Shown here piece by piece: positions 49,326 through 62,235 of a DNA stretch of 64,000 nucleotides (the stretch's first letter is position 1; every line of letters starts with the position of its first letter). The notes below the pieces were generated by a model. That model searched no databases. It saw only the letters and a list, made by a program, of their open reading frames with translations, and had not been told where the DNA came from. The stretch is taken from NCBI RefSeq assembly GCF_009914755.1, contig NC_060934.1. The stretch is one strand, 5' to 3'. The stretch is from the human T2T-CHM13v2.0 reference genome, Homo sapiens. The position numbers and the translations under genes are program-made.

Positions 49326-49949
49326 GAGACTCATGGCAGCTCCAGGCTCCCCTGGCGTTTCAGCCTCACCATCTTTCATCTGGCTCCAGGGACACGGGAG
49401 ACCCCAGCCCCCAGGAACCAGAGCTCACCCCTCATCAGGCCCCACTCCCCACTCAGACGCCCCCATTCACTCCTTTCTTCACTTGGTCATTTATGCCTGT
49501 GGGCCACACATCTAGGAGGCAGGAGCTGCTCATGGGTGCCGCCCAGAACCAGGGGTCCCCCGGGAGGCAGACACTCCTGTCAGAGGGGGAACGCCCGGGG
49601 CCCAGGCCCAGCACCAGGTAGATGGGGGCGGGGGGTCGGGGAACCAGCAGGACAAGGGGCTGGGCAGCGGATAGGGATGGACCCGAGGCTCCCCTGGGTG
49701 GGCCGGAGCCCCGCCATTAAGGCACATCCCGGTGGGGCTTGGACAAGGCCCGGACCACGCAGCGCGAGGATGCGCGTGCTCCGCCTGGGCGCACCACGGC
49801 TTCCTGGGAGCTGCCCCCCACGGGGTCTCTCCTGGGTCCTTCGGGGGTCCCTGGGGGGAGCACAATGCCGGCCTCACTCACAACTGGCGGGGTGGGGGGC
49901 GGGAGAAAGGCCAGCCCGGCAGAGGACGCGCAGGAGAGATGGAAGCCTC

Positions 49950-50091
49950 CGGTGGACGTGAAATCTTTACTTAGAGAAAAGCGACAGAGTCAGAGACCCA
50001 CGGGGGCGGGGCTGCAGCGAGGGCGCCTGGGGACACGAACACGGCGGAGAGCATCGGGAGACGCGCTGGTCACAGGAGCTGGCGGAGGACG
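49950..50091 (-). other. CALY: CALY non-coding last exon (proximal end approximate; AGTAAA at 49966-49971)
   Basis: Acceptor tctccgcag| at 50091; matching donor G|gtaggt at 50324. Confidence 0.65.
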
Positions 50092-50351
50092 CTGCGGAGA
50101 CAGAGCCCGAGGGTTGAGAGCGGCGACGCGGCCAGGGGCTCCCCGCGGACCCCGCGTCACCCGGCGGGCTCGGATTCGCAACCCCCAACCCCGAGGTTCT
50201 GGCGGGCCGGGTCGGAGGGAAGAGGAAGGGAAGGGTGGCGGGGGTCTTTGGCTCAGAAGCGGTGGCGGGAGGCCAGGAAGAGACCTGGGCAGAGCCGGCC
50301 GGAGCCCCGCGGCGCGCACCTACCCCGGGCCGGGCTGCGGGGCTGGAGACG

Positions 50352-50645
50352 TCACTGCGCGGGCGGGGGCGCCGCGCTCCCGGCCGCCTTCCGCGCCGCC
50401 TCCTTCTCCGCCTTGGCCGACGGCTTCCCGGGGGGTTCGGTGGCCGCCGCCGCCGCCCCAGCCTGGGTGGGCCCCTTGCGCTCCTCCTTGGCTGCGCGGT
50501 AGCCGTCCCCCCAGGCCGCCGGCGTCTCCGTGCCGTGCTTGCGGCTCAGCGGGTAGGCCCCGATGGCCGCCAGGATGCTGCGGTGGCGCTCGGGGTCCAT
50601 CTCCGTGTAGTACATCTCCAGGGTCAGCGGCGTGCAGATCTTGTG
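50352..50645 (-). CDS. CALY: CALY exon 5 coding part
   Basis: HKICTPLTLEMYYTEMDPERHRS...PPPAQ*. Confidence 0.95.
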   Translation of the reverse strand, partial: HKICTPLTLEMYYTEMDPERHRSILAAIGAYPLSRKHGTETPAAWGDGYRAAKEERKGPTQAGAAAAATEPPGKPSAKAEKEAARKAAGSAAPPPAQ

Positions 50646-53514
50646 CTGCGGGAGGGGCCGGGTCAGGGTCGGTGGGGCTGAGCCCTCCTGTGCGCCCCGG
50701 GCCCAGGCCCTCCCGCTTCTGCGGTTGGGGACACTGCGGACAGTTTGTAATGGAGCCATGGCTTCAGGACACCGAAGATCAGCCTCCAGTTCAGAACTCA
50801 GGGCCCTGGAGGGGCATGGAGCAGGAGGTCGCGCGTTGTAAGGGGAGGGGCCACCCAGGGAGAGGGGCGCAGACACCAGTGGACCTGCCCAGCGCAGCAA
50901 GGACTCTGCGGAGCGCGCTCCAGAGCATAAACCATGGAGTTAAGGAGAAAAGGAGCAGATTTTACTTCTGATAAATAAAAGGCTTTCTAAAAACACACTA
51001 AAAGCTATAACCATTATTGACAAAGAGATTTAAAAAAAAAAAGGATGGAAGAAAATATCTGCCAAATAGGTGGGGAGCATTAATATCATGTTATATAAAA
51101 ATAAAACCTCACACAAGTCACTCAGGAGGACAGATGACCCCTAGAGAGGTGGCTGCAGGGTGACCTTTTCTGCCTCATCTTTTTACTTATTTTTTAAATT
51201 ACAAGAAGAGAAACCCATCACTAACTCATCTTTTCTTTTAAATTTTCAAAAGATACGATCTCATGTTCTAGAGAAGTAACAGGAACATGGCTTTGGAGAC
51301 CACGTTCCCCCAGCAGCAGGAGACACCCCTGCCACCCCCTGCCTGGAGGCTACGGGAGGAGGGGCGGCTCTACACCCCCCACCAGAGCCCTGGCCCCCTT
51401 ACCCGCAGCAGGAAGCCGTCGGGGCAGGTGAACTGGTCGTACCAGATGGCCTTGTACATGATCAGCACGCAGCCCAGTAGCGCCATGGCGAAGGCGATCA
51501 TCCGTGCGGTGGGCAGCTGGCAGGAGGGCAGAGAGGGGCTCAGCCACGCCAGGCAGGGGCGGTCTTTGTGGGGAGCTCCTCAGGGGCTGGGCTGGCACAG
51601 GACCATCCCCGCCCTCCAGTCTTGATGCCCCACCCCCGCCCTGGGCAGCCAGTGGCTTTTCCAACTTTTCCGAGGGTCAAGTGTGCAGGCGTCACCCCTC
51701 GGGGCCAGGCCTTGCTGGTGGCCCCTCCACTGGGGTTCTGGAAACATCTGCCACCAGGTAAAGTGATGTGGCCTTTGACCCAGGTGGGTCTTGCAGGAAT
51801 TTGCAGTTTTCCTGCGGTGTGGGCTCCCAGGGGATGGGGCCGCAGCCTCAGGGGAGTCGGAGGCTGCACTCACCAGGCCTCCCAGGTGACTGCCCACAGT
51901 GGGTGCATGTGTGGTAACATGAGCTGCAGACTGGAACGTGAGGCCAGGGGCGGGGAGCCCTAGCAGATCTGTCTACTGGAGAATGGAAGGCTTTGGAAAC
52001 AGTCCACTAAAAATGACTAAAGCTATCATTAGTAACATTGACAGATTTAAACAAGAGGATGAGAGAAGATATTTGCCAGATATACTGCAGAAAGGAAGTA
52101 TTACATAGAAAGCCCGTAAGTCACTGAAGATGAGACAATGACCCACTGGGCAAACAAGCAAGCAGCACTCGCGGGCACTTCCCAGAAAGAAAAACATCTC
52201 AGGAGCGCCACTGTTTGGTCAGTCTGCACCTGCAGCCTCGGGAGGGGGCCTGGTGGGTGCAGGGCAGCCGGTGGGGCCAGCTCTGGGCGGGATGACTCAC
52301 TGCCACCCTCTCCTCCCTGAGAGCAAGGGGACCCCAGACTGGCCTGGACGGAACCCAGGCACCCCCAGCTGCCTTCCACCTTCTCCTCCTGTCCTGAGTC
52401 CCCACAGTGGGTGGGGTGGGTGTGGTTACCCTGCGCCCTTCCTCTGGGTGGCTGCAGTTCAGCCTCTGGCCCTCCAGGTCAGGGAAATTCTGCTGGTCTG
52501 GGGAGGACAGCTGGTATTCTGTCTGTGTCTTGATGACCACCTGTGAAAAGAGATGGCCATGGCCTCAGTAGGCAGCTGGCAGGGACCCAAGATAGCCCTG
52601 AACTGAGAGGGGAGGGAGCCAGCGTCAGCTTCGTGGCAGTGGTGTTGACGCTGACCCATCTCCCAGGACTGTCTGGTGGATGGCAGGGCTCCAGCAGCCA
52701 CAAAGTGAGGCCAAGGGAAGGTGGACGCTGAAAGTCTGTCTGCTGGGCGCATGGCAGCTCTGGGCCTGGCTGGGCTGCTGACAGAGCCCCTCACTCTGCC
52801 TGCTGCCTTCAACTCAGGGTGCTGGAGAATTGCCCTTGGCCAGCAGGGGTGGTCCTCCTGCCCCGGGTCCCCAGCATAGATGCTGCCCCCACCTCCAGCA
52901 GGGACAACTCGGGGTGCCCTTCATGCTGCATGACTCCCTGGGGGGTCAAACTGGGCTGGGCTCAAGCTGAGCTCTTTGCTTCTCCCCAGTTTCTGCTATA
53001 AGCAACCCCAGTGGTCACTTGCCCAAGGACCCCCAGATCTCAGGCTAAACCCAGGACAGGGCCATGCCCCGAGGGGAAGGGTGGGAAGCGTTGCCTGCTG
53101 AGTGCCCTATGGACAGCACGTGGGCGGGGTGCTGTCTAGGAGTCAGTGCGTGAATTCTCGGTTACCCATCAGCCAGTTTGCCCAGCTCTGGCATATGGGG
53201 GAGCTGACCAGGAGGTCACACAGAGTGCCCATGGCCAGCTGGGGCTTTGGCCCCCATGGCCCTTCATCTGTTTGCTCTACTGCACCTGGGAAGAGGCCAT
53301 ATCTAGACAAACCTCACCCCACACCCCTTTGTTCCCAGGGGAGCCTGAGAAGGGCCCCCACGCTGGCCCAGGCCCTCACCTGGTCAGGGAGTGGCGGCTG
53401 GAGCTGGCTGATGTCCAAGGGGCTGATCAGAGGCACACTGTCCATGGCAGCCCCATCCTGGTCCCCAGGGTCTTTACCTGGCTTCCCAGAGAAGCTGCAG
53501 CCCAGCTTCACCAT
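50352..53514 (-). CDS. CALY: Calcyon neuron-specific vesicular protein, spliced CDS of 217 aa
   Basis: join(53380-53514,52430-52540,51403-51516,50352-50645)=654 nt; MVKLGCSFSGKPGKD...TM segment MIAFAMALLGCVLIMY...PPPAQ*; NSG/calcyon motif YDQFTCPDGFLL. Confidence 0.97.
51403..51516 (-). CDS. CALY: CALY exon 4 (transmembrane)
   Basis: LPTARMIAFAMALLGCVLIMYKAIWYDQFTCPDGFLLR. Confidence 0.95.
52430..52540 (-). CDS. CALY: CALY exon 3
   Basis: VVIKTQTEYQLSSPDQQNFPDLEGQRLNCSHPEEGRR. Confidence 0.95.
53380..53514 (-). CDS. CALY: CALY exon 2 coding part (exon starts at 53534)
   Basis: Kozak ccaccATGG; MVKLGCSF...LPDQ|gtgagg. Confidence 0.95.
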
Positions 53515-53889
53515 GGTGGATGGCAGTCCTTGTCCTGTCCAAAGACAGACAGAGTCACTGCCCACAGGCTGCCCCCTGGATGCCCACGCCAGCTGGCTCT
53601 GAAGCCAGAGGACCCTGAGCTGGGCCTAATGCTCCTCACACCAGAGCCAGGGACAGGCTGTAAGTGGTCAGGCCAGCCTCCTTGGACAAACCGGTCAAAT
53701 CCAGCGAGATGCTGGGTGCTGTACCTTCTTGACCCCCACAGCCCCTCTGGACCCCACAGCACTGCAGGGTACAGCGCCCCAACCAGTGACTGTCCACGAA
53801 GCAGGGGGAGACTTCCAACGGCAGCTGCTCTAGACAACCTCCTCTTTTTTCTTCTTCTTCCACTGGTGGCTGCTCTAGACAACCTCCTC

Positions 53890-54195
53890 TTTCTTATTCT
53901 CCTTCTTCTTCTTCTTCTTTTTTTTTTTTTGAGACAGGATCTTGTTTTGTGGCCCAGGTGGGAGTGCAGTGGTGTGTTCTTGGCTTACTGCAGCCTTTGC
54001 CTCCTGAGCTTCAGCAGTCCTACCATCTCAGCCTCCCGAGTACCTGGGACCACAGTGCGCCCCACCACGCCTGGCTAATTTTTAAAATTTGTGTAGAGAC
54101 GGGGTTTCGTCAGGTTGCCCAGGCTGGTCTCAAGCGATCTGCTTGCCTAGGCCTCCTACAGTGCTGGAATTACAGGAATGAACCACCGCGCCTGA
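53890..54195 (-). mobile_element. Alu (AluJ-like)
   Basis: Antisense Alu; TSD ctctagacaacctcct. Confidence 0.85.
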
Positions 54196-54246
54196 CTCTA
54201 GACAACCTCCTAAAGCCGACAATCCCGGACATCAGTATGGAGAGCT

Positions 54247-54396
54247 GGGTGCCAGACTCAGCACATAAAAATGCTGGAGACCCAGCTAAATTTGAATTTC
54301 AAATAAGCAACGAGCTCATTTTTAATATAAGAGCATCCCACGCAATACGCGGTATGGGACGTGCTTATCCTGAAGTCAGTCCTCATTCTGTCTGGC
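54247..54396. mobile_element. MER53-like DNA transposon remnant
   Basis: tgccaga...cccagctaaatttgaatttcaaataagcaacga resembles MER53. Confidence 0.6.
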
Positions 54397-54680
54397 GGCT
54401 CTCTGCCAGAGACGCACGAAGTGAGAAAGAGCGGCCACAAGAGGGCACCCGCGAGTCAGCCCAGCTGCGAGCCTGGCGCTAAAGGCCGCGGAGAGCGGGT
54501 CTCCTGCGGAGCTGAAAGCCACAGCAGGGCCCCGCGGGGCTGGGAGAGGGCGGGCCCCACTAACCCAGAGAAGCCGAGGGTGCCCGGCTTCGCCTTCAGG
54601 CGGACCTTCTAGAGAAAAGGAATGCAGCGGATGACCTCCGAGCTGATGGATGGAAAAAGCAGAAAAAGAAAATGTATTCA

Positions 54681-57130
<2,450 letters not shown>

Positions 57131-57139
57131 GAGGGTGCA

Positions 57140-57570
57140 TTGTGGGTTGAATGATGTTCCCTCAAAAATACATCCAAGTCCTAGGATCTGAGTGAGGGGT
57201 GCCTTTGAATGGGATCTTATTTGAAAATAGGGTCTTTGCAGATGTAATCAAGCTAAAATAAACTCGTCCTGAATCAGCGTGGGCCTTGACCCAAAACTGG
57301 TATCGTTATTAAAACAGGGAAATTAGACATAGGAGAGTGTTATGTGTAGACGGAGCAGAGATTGGAACGATGCAGCTGAAACCCAAGGATTGCTTGGGCC
57401 ACCAGAAGCTGGAGGAAGCAAGGAAAAAGCTCCCCTAGAGGCTTTGGAGGGAGCATGGCCCCGTGAACACCTTCATTTTGGACTTCTTGACTCCAGAACT
57501 GTGAAAGAATTTGTTATTTTAAGCCACCTGCTTGTAATTTGTGACAGCAGCGCGAGGATGTCCAATTAAC
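57140..57570 (+). mobile_element. MLT1-type MaLR LTR
   Basis: ttatttgaaaatagggtctttgcagatgtaat...ccaccagaagctggag...ctccagaactgtga. Confidence 0.8.
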
Positions 57571-57749
57571 TGCCAGAGCCAGCAGTGACCAGTCTTTCTC
57601 GCCCTGCAGTGGCCAGGCTCCGCTGTGGGTTCCAGGTGTGGGTAGGCACCACGGGAACAGGAGCAAGGGACCCGCGGTCACAGAGCTTCTGCCCAGCTGC
57701 TGCCACTCAAGTACAGATAATGTGGAGGCATCTGCGTGGAGGAGAATCT

Positions 57750-59790
57750 AAGGGTGGAAGGAGCTGAGGGTGGAATGATTGCAAGGTGGAAGGATCCGAG
57801 GGAGAAGGATTGAGGGGGTGGGGGGGGGGGAAGGATCCGAGGGGTGAGGGATCCAAGGACAGAGGGACCCAACGGGGAAGGATTGCGCGGGTGGGGGTGG
57901 GGTGGAGGGGAGGGATCCGAGCGGAGGGGTCCGAGGGTGGAACGATCTGAAGGGAAGGGACCCCAACGGGGTGCGGGGAGGGATCCGAAGGGGTAAGGAT
58001 ATGACGCGGGGGGAAGGATCCGACGCAGGGGGAGGGATCCGAGGGTGGAAGGATCTGAGGGGGGAAGAATCCGACTTGGGGAACGATCCAAGTGGGGTAG
58101 GATCCCAGGTGGGAAGGGTCGGAGAGCGGAGGTATCTGAGAGGGAGGGCTCTGAGGGGGAAAGATCTGAGAGTGGAAGGCTCTGAGGCGGAAAGATCTGA
58201 GAGTGGAAGGCTCTGAGGGGGAAAGAAAGATCTGAGAGTGGAAGGCTCTGAGGGGGAAAGATCTGAGAGTGGAAGGCTCTGAGGCGGGATAGGATCTGTG
58301 GACAGAAGGATCTGAGGGTGAAAGGATCTGAAAGGGGAAGGATCTGAGGGGAAAGCGCCTGAGGAGGGAAGGACCTGAGGGGGAAAAATCTGAGGGCGGA
58401 ATGATCTGAGAGTGGAAGGCTCTGAACGGGGAAGGATCTGAGGAGGATCAGAAGGGTAAGGATCTGATGGTGGAAGGATCTGAGGGGGGAAGGACATGAG
58501 GGAGAAGGATCTGAGGGGGGAAGGCTCTGAGGGGGGAAGGATCTGAGGGGGGAAGGCTCTGAGGGGGGAAGGATCTGAGGGGGGAAGGCTCTGAGGGGGG
58601 AAGGATCTGAGGGGGGAAGGCTCTGAGGGGGGAAGGATCTGAGGGGGGAAGGCTCTGAGGGGGGAAGGATCTGAGGGGGGAAGGCTCTGAGGGGGGAAGG
58701 ATCTGAGGGGGGAAGGCTCTGAGGGGGGAAGGCTCTGAAGGGGAAGCTCTGAGGGGGGAAGGATCTGAGCGGGGAAGGCTCTGAGGGGGGAAGGCTCTGA
58801 AGGGGAGGCTCTGAGGGGGGAAGGACATGAGGGAGAAGGATCTGAAAGGCGAAGGATCTGAGGGGGGAAGGATCTGAGCGGGGAAGGCTCTGAGGGGGGA
58901 AGGCTCTGAGGGGGGAAGGACATGAGGGGGAAGGATCTGAGGGGCGAAGGATCTGAGGGGGGAAGGCTCTGAGGGGGGAAGGCTCTGAAGGGGAAGCTCT
59001 GAGGGGGGAAGGACATGAGGGGGAAGGATCTGAAAGGCGAAGGATCTGAGGGGGGAAGGATCTGAGCGGGGAAGGCTCTGAGGGGGGAAGGCTCTGAGGG
59101 GGGAAGGACATGAGGGGGAAGGATCTGAAAGGCGAAGGATCTGAGGGGGGAAGGATCTGAGCGGGGAAGGCTCTGAGGGGGGAAGGCTCTGAGGGGGGAA
59201 GGACATGAGGGGGAAGGATCTGAGGGGCGAAGGATCTGAGGGGGGAAGGCTCTGAGGGGGGAAGGCTCTGAAGGGGAAGCTCTGAGGGGGGAAGGATCTG
59301 AGCGGGGAAGGCTCTGAGGGGGGAAGGCTCTGAAGGGGAGGCTCTGAGGGGGGAAGGACATGAGGGAGAAGGATCTGAAAGGCGAAGGATCTGAGGGGGA
59401 AGGATCTGAGCGGGGAAGGCTCTGAGGGGGGAAGGCTCTGAGGGGGGAAGGACATGAGGGGGAAGGATCTGAGGGGCGAAGGATCTGAGCGGGGAAGGCT
59501 CTGAGGGGGGAAGGCTCTGAGGGGGAAGGACATGAGGGAGAAGGATCTGAAAGGCGAAGGATCTGAGGGGGGAAGGATCTGAGCGGGGAAGGCTCTGAGG
59601 GGGGAAGGCTCTGAAGGGGAGGCTCTGAGGGGGAAGGACATGAGGGGAAGGATCTGAGGGGCGAAGGATCTGAGCGGGGAAGGCTCTGAGGGGGGAAGGC
59701 TCTGAGGGGGAGGCTCTGAGGGGGAAGGACATGAGGGAGAAGGATCTGAGGGGCGAAGGATCTGAAGGGGGAAGGATCAGGGGAGGAAGG
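57750..59790. repeat. 16-bp G-rich VNTR (GAGGGGGGAAGG[CTCT/ATCT/ACAT]), roughly 120 units, CALY intron 1
   Basis: Direct inspection; higher-order blocks present. Confidence 0.97.
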
Positions 59791-60603
59791 ATTTGGAGGT
59801 GGCAGCTTCTGCGTGGGGAAAGAACTGAGGGGGAAGGATCTGCGTGGGCGAGAGTGCGGCCGGTGAACGAGGGCTGGGTAGGGGATGGGGGAGGCCACTC
59901 TGAGCCGGAAGGAGCTAGGCGAGGGGAGACAGGGCCCCCAGTCCTGGACCTGGCCACGCGCTTTGGGGCCCTAACCCGTGCCCCTCGTTGTTGTGTGTTC
60001 ATCGCAGGCGACCCTGTGCCTGCCGGGCCTTTCTGGAAGAGGCCGTGCGGTGTCCCCCAGACCACCCACCCCGGGCTGAAGACTCTTCCTGAGGTGGGTT
60101 CCCACGTGGCCCGGGCAGGGGCAATGGGCACTCGGCGGGCGAGGTTTCACGGTGCAGCCAGCGTCCGTGTGTGTGCAGGCGGAGACGGACGAGGCGCCAC
60201 GGGGCTCAGATACAGGAGCGATCGGTGGAAGCAGAGTCGGAGCAGCGGAGGGCCGAGAGGCCGGGGAATGACGTGGTTGTGGGGCGAGGGCAGCCAGCGC
60301 CGGGGCTTGAGGTGGAGCTTGGCCCGCGGGGGTGGGGGTGCCGCTGAGGAGGAGGGGTCGGGGGTCTCCCCGGAGCGGACGCCCAGAGCAAGCCCAGCCT
60401 CTCTACAGACGGGCGAGGGGGAGGCGGAGAAGGGGGCGCAGTCCCGCACCAGGGCCCGCAGCGCCATAGGGTAGGGCCACGCCCCGGAGGGCCCGCGCCA
60501 GGAGTCTCCGCCCGAACCCCCGCTCGGGCAGGACCCCCGCCAGGAGGAGCTGCGCTTGAGGGGTCCCCTTCGAGCCAAACTTCAAATCCAACTCCTCGGA
60601 CGG

Positions 60604-60636
60604 CCAATTTACGTCATCGCGGGTTTCCATGGCAAC
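60604..60636 (-). promoter_or_regulatory. RFX X-box + CRE + CCAAT cluster
   Basis: GTTGCCATGGAAAC, TGACGTAA and ATTGG within 33 bp. Confidence 0.6.
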
Positions 60637-61983
60637 GCAGACAGGCCCGAGACGCGTCTTCAGGAAGAAAAAGCCATTGGGGGCCCACTGGAGCCTCGCT
60701 TCTGGTTCCGGGCCCAGCGCCCCGGGCGGAATGCGGGGTTGGAAAGGGGGGACTAGCCTGTGTGTGGGGTCCAACCCCCCCACCCCACACACCAGACCTT
60801 CCCTTTGCATTGCTGCGTCATGGGGGCCTCCTCCCACGGATGACACGCGGCTCGTGGAACTGGGGGGCCGCCTCTGCTTCTCCTCCCGGCCCCTCCCTGC
60901 ACCTGCGCTGTCGCGGCATCTTCTGCGGGTCCCCTGCGCCCCACCCGCCGCGCTCTGGCAGGGAGGCAGTGCCCGGCTCCTGTCTCTGGGGCGGGGAAGG
61001 CGTGGGATGCTGATGGCAGATGGGTGGGGGCGCGGGTGAGTGAGGCCGTGCAGATGGACAGATGGATGGCGGGGGCGGGGGTGCAGGCTCTCAGTCGAAA
61101 GTCCACGGAAGCTCGGCTGGAGGTCACGTCACAGACTCGCTTCCGCATGCGCCCCCCCCAACCATGGAATGCTGCGTCACGCTGGGGGGTGCGCGCAGGT
61201 GGGCTTGTGCGGGCCGGGCACCAGCGCGTGTGACTGCGGATCTGAGGGTCCCGCCCAGCCCCCGCGGGCGCCACCGCAGCCTCCCGCCCCTGGCGCTGCA
61301 GGGGGCTGTGGCTGCCCCGCTTATTAAAAGGCAGCTGCACTGCGGGGTCGGCGCAGCCCCTCGGAGGGGAGTGGGCGCGCAGCTGCTCCCGCTTCCAGCC
61401 CAGCCACCTGTGGCCCCGCACCCGAGCCTGCTGCAGGTGGTTCCGGAGCCGCGCCCCTCCCGGCCTCCTGGCCACCTCTTGCCTGTCACGCAGACGCCCC
61501 CATCAAGCCCACCGCCCACCCCCAACCCCCGTGCGGGCAGCGGCTCCTCGGTGCTCTGGTCCGACGCCCCTTCTGTCGCCCTCCCCACCCCGCCTCCGGC
61601 GGACAGAGCTGGGCGGGAGCTGGGACTGGTACCCCCTCCCCACCTCGGAGACACCCTTAACTCCAGGCTGCGATCCTCGTGCCGGGGCCCCGCCGTCACG
61701 GGAAGCCTGGAGACCACCGCCCTCGGGTCCGCGGGGTCGGACTGGCCTGGGGCAGCCAGAGGAGGCCCGAGGGAGGAGGGCGGCCGTGCAGCGCGCCCTG
61801 CACACTCGCACCCGCACACGCGCCTCGCACACACGCACTCACACCCTCATCCGCACGCGCGCCACGCACAAGCGCACTCGCGAGCACACGCACCTCGCAC
61901 ACACACCCGCACACGCGCCTCGCACCCCCGCACCCCTTCGGGCCCCCCGCCCACATTCTGCAAGAAATGTGGAAATAGCTCAC

Positions 61984-62070
61984 AGGCGGCTCCACTGGCA
62001 GCTGCTGCAGGACGCGGTCGGGGAGGACGACGATGCGGATGTGGATGCGGAGGATGCGGTTCCAGACGCT
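61984..62070 (-). other. CALY: CALY non-coding exon 1 (TSS approximate)
   Basis: Donor CCT|gtgagc at 61984 within the CpG island. Confidence 0.65.
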
Positions 62071-62235
62071 TCGCGGCCGGGCGGGGCGGGGGCTGCAGCT
62101 GCGAGACCGAGGCTGTGGTCGCCATGGAAACGCGGCTAGAGGCGGGGCCTCGACTCTGGTCCCGCACCCTCTACCCCCACCCACCGCCCCGGCTAGGGAG
62201 CCGCGCATGCGCCCCTCAGACCCTGCTCGGGCCTC

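Larger units (their letters stand above)
59840..62230 (-). promoter_or_regulatory. CALY 5' CpG island and promoter
   Basis: CpG-dense; GC boxes at ~62080; X-box GTCGCCATGGAAAC at 62118-62131; NRF1-like GCGCATGCGC at 62203-62212. Confidence 0.75.

Noticed and set aside
53828-53889. Third copy of an Alu TSD (gctgctctagacaacctcctcttt twice)
   Set aside because: A simple local duplication at the Alu tail with no evident function
54247-54396. Possible miRNA hairpin from MER53 (the source family of miR-1302)
   Set aside because: The second arm is largely deleted or diverged, so a long hairpin is not supported
57678-60131. ORFs of 400-817 aa, Pro/Ser-rich
   Set aside because: Translations of the 16-bp VNTR
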